From a virus: a DNA stretch of 42,165 bases. The position numbers were made by a program, and so were the translations under genes. The notes below the pieces were generated by a model that had not been told where the DNA came from, did not search any database, and saw only the letters and a list, made by a program, of their open reading frames with translations. Position 1 is the stretch's first letter, and each line of letters opens with the position of its first letter. Below are positions 1-8,069 of this stretch, piece after piece. The stretch is taken from the IMG/VR virus record IMGVR_UViG_3300028042_000003, positions 1 to 42,165 of that record, one strand, 5' to 3'.

Positions 1-1
1 C

Positions 2-583
2 TCATTGAAATGGGATCCACAAGAGAAAGCAACTTTAGAAACTGACCTCAAAGATCTAAAAAGAGCATTGAATCAGTTGAATCTAAAAGGGATTGAAAAC
101 TTGGACAAGATAGCTGGAACTAAGGTCTCGCAAGAAATAATGACATTTATCAATACTAAAGTAAGAAACAACACGACAATGAATCGTAAAATCATTGGTA
201 ATTTATTTGAATACATCATAAACAAGTACGATGGTAGAATGATTGGTGTTACCAAAAAGTTCAAAACACAAGCAACTATAGATAGAAAACTCCAAGAAAT
301 AAAAACACAAAAAGCTCAAATTGTCAAAGCCTTACAAGATATGTCATCTGAGCTTTATTATTTATTTGTTTGGTATTATAAAATTCAAGAGATGAAAGAT
401 ATCATTGTAAAGAAACTGAACTCTCTAAAAACAGCTGAGACTCCATACATCATACAAGCAGATGGTACCTTTAGACTATCAGATCCAGAAGGTTGGGTGC
501 TCAGCGGAAACGATTCAGGTGTGAAGTTTATCAATAGATCTGTATTCTCAGCGGCTAACTTCGCTAACCCTAAGTTCCAGTAA
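2..583 (+). CDS. C-terminal part of conserved T4-like phage protein (DUF6267-like), truncated at the window edge
   Basis: Frame is open from position 2. The C-terminal PEGWV...VKFINRSVFSAANF motif resembles the protein that usually neighbours the cytidylyltransferase in T4-like phages. Confidence 0.55.
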   Translation, partial: SLKWDPQEKATLETDLKDLKRALNQLNLKGIENLDKIAGTKVSQEIMTFINTKVRNNTTMNRKIIGNLFEYIINKYDGRMIGVTKKFKTQATIDRKLQEIKTQKAQIVKALQDMSSELYYLFVWYYKIQEMKDIIVKKLNSLKTAETPYIIQADGTFRLSDPEGWVLSGNDSGVKFINRSVFSAANFANPKFQ

Positions 584-593
584 GAACAAGATT

Positions 594-601
594 TATAAAT
601 A
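594..601 (+). promoter_or_regulatory. T4-type late promoter TATAAATA
   Basis: Exact TATAAATA followed by the AAAGGA SD and ATG at 616. A near-identical leader recurs at 3721. Confidence 0.8.
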
Positions 602-615
602 ACAAAAGGATAAAC

Positions 616-1197
616 ATGGGATTCAAAAAACACCTACAAGACTTAGACAACGAAAAAACCATAGTATGGACCTTCGGGAGATTCAACCCAATGACAAAAG
701 GACACGAATTCCTATGGAACGCTGTCACAAAAGAAGGTAAAAAACGCAGAGCTGATTCATGCATATACACAAGTTGGTCGGTGAACGCTAAGAAAAATCC
801 ACTTTCTACACAAGACAAAATTTATTACATGAGAAAAGTTGTCAACAGAGCAACAAGAGTTTCAGATGATTCCTCACTGAAAAATACTCAACAAATAGCT
901 AAAGACCTAATCGCTAAAGGTTACACAAGAATAGTTCTTATGGTAGGAGCAGATCGTCTCAAGGATTTTGAATCTATGAAAAAACAAGTACAAGACTTCA
1001 GTGATGGAGCTTGTGTTCTTGAAGTAGTGTCTTTTTCTGGTAAATCTAGAATAGGTAATTACTCAGGTACAAGGATGCGAAACCTAGCGAAAGAAAATAA
1101 CTTTGAAGAATTCTACGCTGACTTACCTAAAGCTATAAACAAAAAAGAAGCCCAGGACTTATTCGAGAAAGTAAGAATAGGTCTAGGGGTAAAATAA
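616..1197 (+). CDS. HIGH-superfamily nucleotidyltransferase (cytidylyltransferase/NMNAT-like)
   Basis: TFGRFNPMTKGH (HxGH-like), KNPLS, VGADR and SGTRMR motifs. Confidence 0.8.
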   Translation: MGFKKHLQDLDNEKTIVWTFGRFNPMTKGHEFLWNAVTKEGKKRRADSCIYTSWSVNAKKNPLSTQDKIYYMRKVVNRATRVSDDSSLKNTQQIAKDLIAKGYTRIVLMVGADRLKDFESMKKQVQDFSDGACVLEVVSFSGKSRIGNYSGTRMRNLAKENNFEEFYADLPKAINKKEAQDLFEKVRIGLGVK

Positions 1198-1631
1198 TGA
1201 CCTTTACAGAGTTCAATGAAGCATTCAATGATCCGTTTGATTATGTCATAAGAAAAGGTAATAACGTTCTAGAATTTTATGCCGATTTTGGTGACGATAG
1301 CGAAAAAGAACTCGCGGTTTATTTTTGGGATAAAGAAACCCATGTAGAAATTACATTTGAAGTGGACAGCAGTGAGAAGCTATCTGGTAAAGGTGACGCA
1401 TTTAGAATTTTCGCTACAGTAAAAGATGCCATGTTGAAAAACTTGGATTATCTAAATAAATACAAAGACATAAGATTTGAAGCTAAGAAGACCGATAAAT
1501 CAAGAGTAAAACTATACAGAACACTAGCTAAGCAACTCCAAAGAAAACTGGGTCTCAAAGAAGTACAAGAAAGAGATCAAATACATAATATTCTTTTTAT
1601 AATAAGTAATGGGGAACACGATTATGAGTAA
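1197..1631 (+). CDS. Hypothetical protein, paralogue family A copy 1 (DUF6934-like)
   Basis: GKGDAFRIFATV and SRVKLY motifs shared with three other ORFs. Confidence 0.7.
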   Translation: MTFTEFNEAFNDPFDYVIRKGNNVLEFYADFGDDSEKELAVYFWDKETHVEITFEVDSSEKLSGKGDAFRIFATVKDAMLKNLDYLNKYKDIRFEAKKTDKSRVKLYRTLAKQLQRKLGLKEVQERDQIHNILFIISNGEHDYE

Positions 1632-2049
1632 GTTCACAGAGTTCAATGAAGCATTCAATGATCCGTTTGATTATGTCAGTGAAAAACGTGGACGCTCTCT
1701 GCGTTTTTTAGCTTCTTATGGGGACGATAACGAAAAAGAACTTGAAATCTATTTTTGGGATTATAGAACCTACGTTGAGATTACATTTCAAGTAGACAAT
1801 AGCGAAAAACTCACCGGTAAAGGTGACGCATTTAGAATATTCGCTACAGTAAAAGATGCCATGATAAAAAATCTAAAACACCTAAATCAATACAAAGACA
1901 TAAGATTTGAAGCAAATAAGACCGATAAATCAAGAGTAAAATTGTACAGAACACTAGCTAAGCAACTCCAAAGAAAACTGGGTTTAAAATCAGTGGAAGA
2001 ACATGATCAAAAGAATGATATACTTTTTATAATAAGTAATGGAGAATAA
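1624..2049 (+). CDS. Paralogue family A copy 2 (recent tandem duplicate of copy 1)
   Basis: ATG at 1624 (MSKFTEFNEA) after GGGGA; long DNA identity with 1197-1631. Confidence 0.7.
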   Translation: MSKFTEFNEAFNDPFDYVSEKRGRSLRFLASYGDDNEKELEIYFWDYRTYVEITFQVDNSEKLTGKGDAFRIFATVKDAMIKNLKHLNQYKDIRFEANKTDKSRVKLYRTLAKQLQRKLGLKSVEEHDQKNDILFIISNGE

Positions 2050-2050
2050 T

Positions 2051-2467
2051 ATGATTAAATTCAAATCATTCAATGAATCTTTCGACCAACCTTATGCTTT
2101 CAAGAAAATGCCATCAAAGGATGGACTGATGTTCAAAGCTGATGTTGGGGATAAAAAACTAATTATCCATCTAAGTGACCGTAGTGAGTGGTATGTTGGT
2201 ATTATTTTTAGTCTAGACAACGCTGACTTTCTTACGGGTGAAGGTAACGCGTTTAGGATTTTTGCTACTGTAAAGAAGGTTATTTTTGATAACCTAAGTT
2301 TTGTCAAGAAGTTCAATAATATTCAGTTTCAAGCTGATAATTCGGAGACGTCAAGAGTGAAATTGTATAATCTTATTGGAAAACAACTAGCTAAAAAACT
2401 TGGGTTGTCTTTGAAAATTAGAAAACAAACAAATTATACAGATTATATCATAGCGGACAAACCATGA
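2051..2467 (+). CDS. Paralogue family A copy 3
   Basis: GGAG SD, ATG 2051 (MIKFKSFNES); TGEGNAFRIFATV, SRVKLY. Confidence 0.7.
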   Translation: MIKFKSFNESFDQPYAFKKMPSKDGLMFKADVGDKKLIIHLSDRSEWYVGIIFSLDNADFLTGEGNAFRIFATVKKVIFDNLSFVKKFNNIQFQADNSETSRVKLYNLIGKQLAKKLGLSLKIRKQTNYTDYIIADKP

Positions 2468-3234
2468 ATTTCAAACAAACAATAAACGAAGAACAAGAAA
2501 TTCTTTTGGAGTACACAAAACACAATATTTCTGAACTTATAGCTTCGGGTTCAATCCCTCTAGCCGCAGGTATGATGGATCGTTTGGGGTTTTTAGAAAA
2601 GGATCAACTGGCATATCACGTCACAAACTTTGAGTATCTCAAAGAACTAGCAAGTAATCAGCACAAAAAGAAACAAATTTCTTGTTTCACTAAAGGTGGA
2701 CCTGAATTACTAAGACTACCAAGTCAACCAAATATACTAATGATGCTAAAAGGAACTACGGTCATAAAAGGAAAAACTGACATTTGGACCTTAGTTTCTA
2801 CTAGGGACAGAAGATGGCTAGACATAAACCCAAAAGGATATGCTGGAGCCAAAGCAGACAAATTATTATTCTTGGTGCAAGGGGTTTTGAATTCTGTAGC
2901 TAAGAGAGCGGATATATTTGTTGATGCTTATGGTGACTCTTCTTTGATAAAACAGACAATAGATAACCTACCTGGGAAACAAAAAATTATTTTGTATAAA
3001 TCGTATCTCCAAGAAATGGAAAATATGTTGAATAAACATTATAAAGTTCTAATTGCGTATATCAACGACGCAGCCGAATGGGATTACAATGAAGTTATCC
3101 TAACCAGATGGGAAATTATGGATGTTTGGTGTATCGAATACGATGATAATGTCACTACTCATTTATTGAATAAACTCAACCTCCCGTTTGCTGGAGTAAT
3201 GTCAAAACGAGACCTAAAGGACCTAAAGATATGA
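2464..3234 (+). CDS. Hypothetical virion-associated protein, possible ADP-ribosyltransferase fold
   Basis: YHVT...ISCFT...YNEVIL motif order; ATGA-coupled at both ends. The fold call is tentative. Confidence 0.4.
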   Translation: MNFKQTINEEQEILLEYTKHNISELIASGSIPLAAGMMDRLGFLEKDQLAYHVTNFEYLKELASNQHKKKQISCFTKGGPELLRLPSQPNILMMLKGTTVIKGKTDIWTLVSTRDRRWLDINPKGYAGAKADKLLFLVQGVLNSVAKRADIFVDAYGDSSLIKQTIDNLPGKQKIILYKSYLQEMENMLNKHYKVLIAYINDAAEWDYNEVILTRWEIMDVWCIEYDDNVTTHLLNKLNLPFAGVMSKRDLKDLKI

Positions 3235-3725
3235 GATTCAAAGAATACCAAAAAACTCAAAACGAAGCCTTCGACAACCCATACCCAATTAGACATGATA
3301 ACAAAGGAAAATATAGTCAGTGGTCATTTGTAACCGATGATGATGTATTTTACCTAGTTACTGTAGACCACAACTCCGAGACAATAAGAGGTCAAAAGTA
3401 TAATTATGTTCAAATAAACTTTGAAAACGAACAAGGTAAAATGTCTATTACACACACCGGTGATGCCTTTAGGGTATTCGCTAGTGTTTTTGCTATACTA
3501 GCAAAAGAAGGCAAAAAAATTCAAAAAGCTGATTACATAACATTTGCTTCTGCTAGTAGTGAGCCTTCAAGGGCTAAACTCTATGATAGATTCGCAAATA
3601 TTCTAAAAAAGCAAGGTTACAAATACCAAATGAAGATAAAACAACACAGCGACTGGCATTACTTGTTGTCTAAGAAAGACATACTAGACGAAATTCAAGT
3701 AGCTTACTCAAACGACCCAGTATAA
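3231..3725 (+). CDS. Paralogue family A copy 4 (divergent)
   Basis: NEAFDNPY, THTGDAFRVFASV, SRAKLY. Confidence 0.7.
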   Translation: MRFKEYQKTQNEAFDNPYPIRHDNKGKYSQWSFVTDDDVFYLVTVDHNSETIRGQKYNYVQINFENEQGKMSITHTGDAFRVFASVFAILAKEGKKIQKADYITFASASSEPSRAKLYDRFANILKKQGYKYQMKIKQHSDWHYLLSKKDILDEIQVAYSNDPV

Positions 3726-3728
3726 ATA
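3721..3728 (+). promoter_or_regulatory. T4-type late promoter
   Basis: TATAAATA followed by AACAAAAGGATAAACATG. Confidence 0.8.
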
Positions 3729-3743
3729 AACAAAAGGATAAAC

Positions 3744-3977
3744 ATGGACTTCAAAGAACTATTTACAGAAGCAAAAATACCGTTTAATTTATCAATATCT
3801 TATCATGATGATGCTGAATACATACAAGCAGAGCTCAAGAAAAAGGGTATAGATAGTAAACTAAGCAAAAAAAATGCCGTTACTTATGTGCTTGGAAAAG
3901 TAAAAAATAAAACAAAATTACTAAATTGGATGAATGACCTCGCTAACAATAACGATGGCCAAGCATTCTTTGGATAA
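3744..3977 (+). CDS. Small late protein, possible internal head protein
   Basis: Late promoter, SD, N-terminus MDFKELFTEA. Confidence 0.6.
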   Translation: MDFKELFTEAKIPFNLSISYHDDAEYIQAELKKKGIDSKLSKKNAVTYVLGKVKNKTKLLNWMNDLANNNDGQAFFG

Positions 3978-3986
3978 AGGATAAAC

Positions 3987-4292
3987 ATGGAACGATTTAT
4001 AAAATACCTAAGTGAAGAATTTGATCAAACAAAATTAGTACCAGTTGCTCTAAAATGGCTAAAGAACAAATTTCCAGAGGACGAGTTTGGCTTCAAATTT
4101 GAGCACAAACCTAACCTCACAAACGATACCAAAACATATTCAGTTCATCAAGATGGACATAGTTTTGATATTGTAGGGAGAATTTTTGACGCCAATGGTG
4201 ATGGAAAAGAATCAGAAGGCGACGTTGTTCAGTTCAAAATTGTATCATCTGAGGAAGAAGAAGAAGAAAAAGAATCTGCGTTTGGTCAATAA
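3987..4292 (+). CDS. Small acidic late protein
   Basis: AAAGGA SD; N-terminus MERFIKYLSEE; poly-Glu tail. Confidence 0.6.
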   Translation: MERFIKYLSEEFDQTKLVPVALKWLKNKFPEDEFGFKFEHKPNLTNDTKTYSVHQDGHSFDIVGRIFDANGDGKESEGDVVQFKIVSSEEEEEEKESAFGQ

Positions 4293-4297
4293 TTTTT

Positions 4298-4318
4298 TAA
4301 GAGTATTATGTTACAATA
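4298..4318 (+). promoter_or_regulatory. Host sigma70-type extended -10 promoter
   Basis: TAAGAGTATTATGTTACAATA matches the recurring TAAG-N7/8-TGTTATAAT motif. Confidence 0.55.
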
Positions 4319-4322
4319 AAGT

Positions 4323-5084
4323 ATGATAATAAACAAATACCATAAAATTTATTTTGCCATCTGTAACAATATCAGAACCCAAAATAGAACAAAAACTAAC
4401 CAACCAAAATACACATATCAACGTCACCATATCATACCCAAATCTATGGGTGGTCTGGACGTTCCATCAAATATTGTTTTGCTTACCAACAGAGAACATT
4501 TTGTTGCTCATGCATGTTTGGTTCGATTTTTGGAAGGCCACCAAAAATATCAGATGCAGTGCGCACTTAGACGGTTCACACCAAAGAATAGCCAATATAT
4601 AAATTCCAGAATTTATGAATCGAATTATACTAAGTGGCGAATAACCCACAGCGAAAAAATGACTGGTAGAGTGGTAGTATTTACGGAAGAACATAAAACA
4701 AACCTAAAAAACGCTTGGGACAACCGAGAAGAGATTCAATGCCCTCATTGTTTATTGGTTAGTAGAAGTGCCAGTAGTATGAAACGATGGCACTTTGATA
4801 AATGTTTTTGGAAAGAGGGCAATGACAAAATAGATATTTCGGAACTAAGAAGAATGTCTCGTACATTCAACCGTCACCAATTAGCAAAATATTTCAAAAT
4901 CAACGACAAAACTATACAAAAATATGCAGATAAACATAACATCGCCTTGAATTTGGGTGGTAATATGCCAGCACCACACTCCGGGAAGTTTTACAACAAC
5001 GGAATAGAGACAAGACGATTTTATGATACTGATATAATACCCAATGGTTATATTCCAGGTATGATTGATAGGTCGTTTAAGTAA
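4323..5084 (+). CDS. HNH homing endonuclease (Mob-like)
   Basis: RHHIIPKSMGG..SNIVLLTNREHFVAH; CPHC..MKRWHFDKC Zn motif; FYNNG..IPNGYIPG tail motif. Confidence 0.85.
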   Translation: MIINKYHKIYFAICNNIRTQNRTKTNQPKYTYQRHHIIPKSMGGLDVPSNIVLLTNREHFVAHACLVRFLEGHQKYQMQCALRRFTPKNSQYINSRIYESNYTKWRITHSEKMTGRVVVFTEEHKTNLKNAWDNREEIQCPHCLLVSRSASSMKRWHFDKCFWKEGNDKIDISELRRMSRTFNRHQLAKYFKINDKTIQKYADKHNIALNLGGNMPAPHSGKFYNNGIETRRFYDTDIIPNGYIPGMIDRSFK

Positions 5085-5088
5085 GCTC

Positions 5089-5113
5089 TAAGGTATATTA
5101 TGTTATAATAGTA
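5089..5113 (+). promoter_or_regulatory. Early promoter (extended -10 TGTTATAAT)
   Basis: 25 bp TAAGGTATATTATGTTATAATAGTA, identical to 33578-33602. Confidence 0.8.
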
Positions 5114-5129
5114 CATATAAGGAGAACAA

Positions 5130-5609
5130 ATGACAAAACAAAAATACTTCAAGCGGGAGAATAAAAGAATTGACAAACATAAACTTACCGAAATTGATGG
5201 TAACAGAGAAGAACTAAAACCATATGTAGGTCAAATAATCAATTGTGAAGTGTTTGTTACCAATAGCTTAGGCTATCAAGGAGACAAACGATTACTAACT
5301 GAGGTAAGAATTCCAGGTACTCAGTATTTTGTACGGCACCTATGGGTAAAAGAATACAACTTACCAGTAGATAAAATCCAACATGGATACCAAAAAGTAA
5401 AACTGAAAGTTATTTCGTATAATGACCAGGTGACTGGTGTTATGAAGTACGGTGTGAAAATAGCAGATGAGAAAATCAAAGCTAAACGCCCAAAAGCTAA
5501 AATGGTAATTCCAAAGTGGAAAAGAGAAGAAGAAGAAAACGAAAAACTAATGACAAAACCAAAGACCCCGAAGAGTCCATTTGGGAAAATCAAAAAAATA
5601 AAAGGATAG
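5130..5609 (+). CDS. Basic hypothetical protein
   Basis: AAGGAG SD; Lys-rich 159 aa ORF. Confidence 0.65.
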   Translation: MTKQKYFKRENKRIDKHKLTEIDGNREELKPYVGQIINCEVFVTNSLGYQGDKRLLTEVRIPGTQYFVRHLWVKEYNLPVDKIQHGYQKVKLKVISYNDQVTGVMKYGVKIADEKIKAKRPKAKMVIPKWKREEEENEKLMTKPKTPKSPFGKIKKIKG

Positions 5610-5611
5610 AC

Positions 5612-5674
5612 ATGAAATTTTACAAAGCAATAGAAATACTAACAGACATCGGTTATGCATTAGGTTTACGCTAA
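5612..5674 (+). CDS. 20-aa micro-ORF MKFYKAIEILTDIGYALGLR
   Basis: AAAGGA SD; TAATG overlap with the next gene; not in the ORF track. Confidence 0.4.
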   Translation: MKFYKAIEILTDIGYALGLR

Positions 5675-5853
5675 TGGCCTTTTACGATTACAAATGTACC
5701 AATGAGAAGTGCCCAAAGAAAGACCAAGAGGTCACTGTTTCTAAACCAATGGGTGAAGCATCCACAGAAGAACTATGTGTAGCGTGTAACAAAACACTTC
5801 AAAAAATCTATGGGTCGCCTGGTATTTCTACTAGTGATGGTTGGAAATCATAA
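5674..5853 (+). CDS. FmdB-like zinc-ribbon protein (59 aa)
   Basis: Read manually: MAFYDYKCTNEKC...LCVACNKTLQKIYGSPG. Confidence 0.75.
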   Translation: MAFYDYKCTNEKCPKKDQEVTVSKPMGEASTEELCVACNKTLQKIYGSPGISTSDGWKS

Positions 5854-5862
5854 ACACCATAG

Positions 5863-5870
5863 TATAAATA
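5863..5870 (+). promoter_or_regulatory. T4-type late promoter
   Basis: TATAAATA upstream of 5889. Confidence 0.75.
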
Positions 5871-5888
5871 AAGAAAAAAGGTACAATA

Positions 5889-6116
5889 ATGAATTTCAAA
5901 GAACTATTCCAAACAAACGAGTCGGTCGAAGACGCTCTTCACCAAACAATGCAAACAATCGGACCTGAGGTTCAAAACATCAAACAAGACTTAGCAGATA
6001 TGTCACTTGATTATTTTGATATGTACGCTTCTTCTTCTGCTCAAAAAGAGTGGAACAAGATGGACTACAAAGCAAAACTCAAACTAGCTAAAAAAATAGC
6101 TAAAAACTACATCTAA
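5889..6116 (+). CDS. Small late protein, possible internal head protein
   Basis: N-terminus MNFKELFQTNES. Confidence 0.6.
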   Translation: MNFKELFQTNESVEDALHQTMQTIGPEVQNIKQDLADMSLDYFDMYASSSAQKEWNKMDYKAKLKLAKKIAKNYI

Positions 6117-6168
6117 AAACTACGTCTAAAGATAACACCTTCTAACCCATATCGGGCAAAGGAGACGA

Positions 6169-6675
6169 ATGAAGATAAGTAAAGCACTAAAAGCACTAAT
6201 TTTAGTAAGCATAATATCGAGCTTACAAGCAACAAATCAGAAAGACATAGTGTTCAAACCGAACACTAAAGCGGTAGCTGTTCAATCAGCGAAATCAAAA
6301 CATTCAAAAAAATCAGGTGTTATCAGGACCGCCAAAAAATATCTAGGTACCAAGTACAAGTTCGGCGGAACCACTAAGCGTGGTATCGACTGTTCAGCAT
6401 TTACCCAGAGAGTTCTAAAGGCCCACGGAAAAAAGATTCCAAGAACAGCAAACGAACAAGCATCTTCTGGTGTTCATGTTGACAAAAAGAACCTAAGACC
6501 TGGTGATTTAGTCTTTTTCAAAAACACAGACCGAAGAAGAACGATAAGCCACGTTGGTATTTTCATTGGTGGTGGTAAATTCATACACGCTTCAAGCGGA
6601 GCAAAAAAAGTCACCATAACTAAGTTATCAAAAAAGTTCTACCTACGTCACTACGCAGGAGCGAGAAGAGTATAA
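6169..6675 (+). CDS. NlpC/P60 (C40) peptidoglycan endopeptidase with signal peptide
   Basis: YKFGG..GIDCSAFT, PGDLVFF, HVGIFIG..FIHASS; hydrophobic N-terminus ending SLQA. Confidence 0.92.
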   Translation: MKISKALKALILVSIISSLQATNQKDIVFKPNTKAVAVQSAKSKHSKKSGVIRTAKKYLGTKYKFGGTTKRGIDCSAFTQRVLKAHGKKIPRTANEQASSGVHVDKKNLRPGDLVFFKNTDRRRTISHVGIFIGGGKFIHASSGAKKVTITKLSKKFYLRHYAGARRV

Positions 6676-6685
6676 AGGAAAGAAA

Positions 6686-7462
6686 ATGCAAGACATTAGA
6701 CAAGCAGAGATAGTAGTCCGTAAAGACGAAAAACATCTTTGGGATATATTCTCAGGTCATCATTATATGGACCATACCTTGCCTAGAGCTTGTACTTTTT
6801 TTACATTTTACGCACTAATCGAAGACAATGGAACAATTCAAGAAACTCTTGTTGGGTGTCTTGGAGTTCTTATGCAAATAGGAAAAACTCCAGCAAAAAG
6901 AATAACTAGGTTTGTTATTCTTCCAGAATATCAAGGCTTAGGTTACTCTACTCGTATACTCAACGGAATTTCAGAATACTACCTCCAGAAAAACTTTGTT
7001 ACTTATATTGTTACATTCCACCCAAGGTTAGGAGATGGACTGACAAGATCAACCTCCTGGGTTGAATCAACAAATAACCAAAAAGAACAAAACATCACAA
7101 CAGAAAAAGCCTCGGCGATAAACAATTCCAGTAACAACCTAAGAGCAGGACAAAAAATGTATAGGTTCAAATACCTACCAACCAATGACAACACCAGGCC
7201 TCACTTGGATATCCACATTGATTTCTTGGCTAATGACACCAGTTTGGAGGCTATGGAAAATAATGTATTGTACCAACACAGAAAAAAAGAGAGAATAAAA
7301 GAACTACACCAAGAGAAAATCAAACATAAAGAAGATATACTAGATTCTCAAATGGTGAAAGGACCACTAAAAAAGCTCAGAAGAAAGAAAAGAGATCCAA
7401 AAAAACTAAAAGAACTAAAGGAAAGAAAATGCCAGAACACCAAGAACCAGCTAGACTTCTAA
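6686..7462 (+). CDS. GNAT-fold acetyltransferase-like protein
   Basis: FSGHHY; RFVILPEYQGLG acetyl-CoA-binding motif A; TFHPRL. Confidence 0.75.
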   Translation: MQDIRQAEIVVRKDEKHLWDIFSGHHYMDHTLPRACTFFTFYALIEDNGTIQETLVGCLGVLMQIGKTPAKRITRFVILPEYQGLGYSTRILNGISEYYLQKNFVTYIVTFHPRLGDGLTRSTSWVESTNNQKEQNITTEKASAINNSSNNLRAGQKMYRFKYLPTNDNTRPHLDIHIDFLANDTSLEAMENNVLYQHRKKERIKELHQEKIKHKEDILDSQMVKGPLKKLRRKKRDPKKLKELKERKCQNTKNQLDF

Positions 7463-8037
7463 CCAAAATCCAAGACGACGAAATAACTAAAAAAGTAAAA
7501 GAAGTATTTACTATTCAAACTGACACTATCACGTTTCAACCACACCCAAAAATAACCAAGGGTTTTCAACTTTTATGCATAGTGGGGTCTTCTGGATCTG
7601 GAAAGAGTATTATGCTAAAGGAATATGGAACAGAGTATCAACCAGAATGGGACGAAAGAGCAGTTTGTTCTCACTTTGATTCTTATGAGGAAGCACAAGA
7701 AAAGTTATTAGCGGTTGGTCTTAGTTCTATACCAGCTTGGTTGTTACCTTACAATTTGCTTTCGACAGGTCAACAGTACAGAGCAAGAGTAGCTAGATCT
7801 CTAAAAGATAACGCAGTATTTGATGAATTCACAAGTTATCTAGACAGAAGCACTGCCAAAGGATTAGCTATTTCTTTGAGTCGGTATATCAAAAAACATA
7901 ACCTAAAAGGAATTGTAGTTTGTACACCAAATCATGACATAGTTCCTTATTTAGAAGCGGATATAGTTTATGATACAGATCAAAGAAGTACACCAAAAAA
8001 AACTAATAATCCAGTATTTACTATAAGAAATAAATAA
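7429..8037 (+). CDS. Soluble ABC-type ATPase
   Basis: Walker A GSSGSGKS, signature LSTGQ, Walker B/D-loop VFDEFTSYLD. Confidence 0.85.
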   Translation: MPEHQEPARLLTKIQDDEITKKVKEVFTIQTDTITFQPHPKITKGFQLLCIVGSSGSGKSIMLKEYGTEYQPEWDERAVCSHFDSYEEAQEKLLAVGLSSIPAWLLPYNLLSTGQQYRARVARSLKDNAVFDEFTSYLDRSTAKGLAISLSRYIKKHNLKGIVVCTPNHDIVPYLEADIVYDTDQRSTPKKTNNPVFTIRNK

Positions 8038-8055
8038 GACTAAAATGTTATAATA
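8035..8055 (+). promoter_or_regulatory. Early promoter of the nrd operon
   Basis: TAAGACTAAAATGTTATAATA. Confidence 0.6.
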
Positions 8056-8069
8056 CAAAAAGGAAAACA

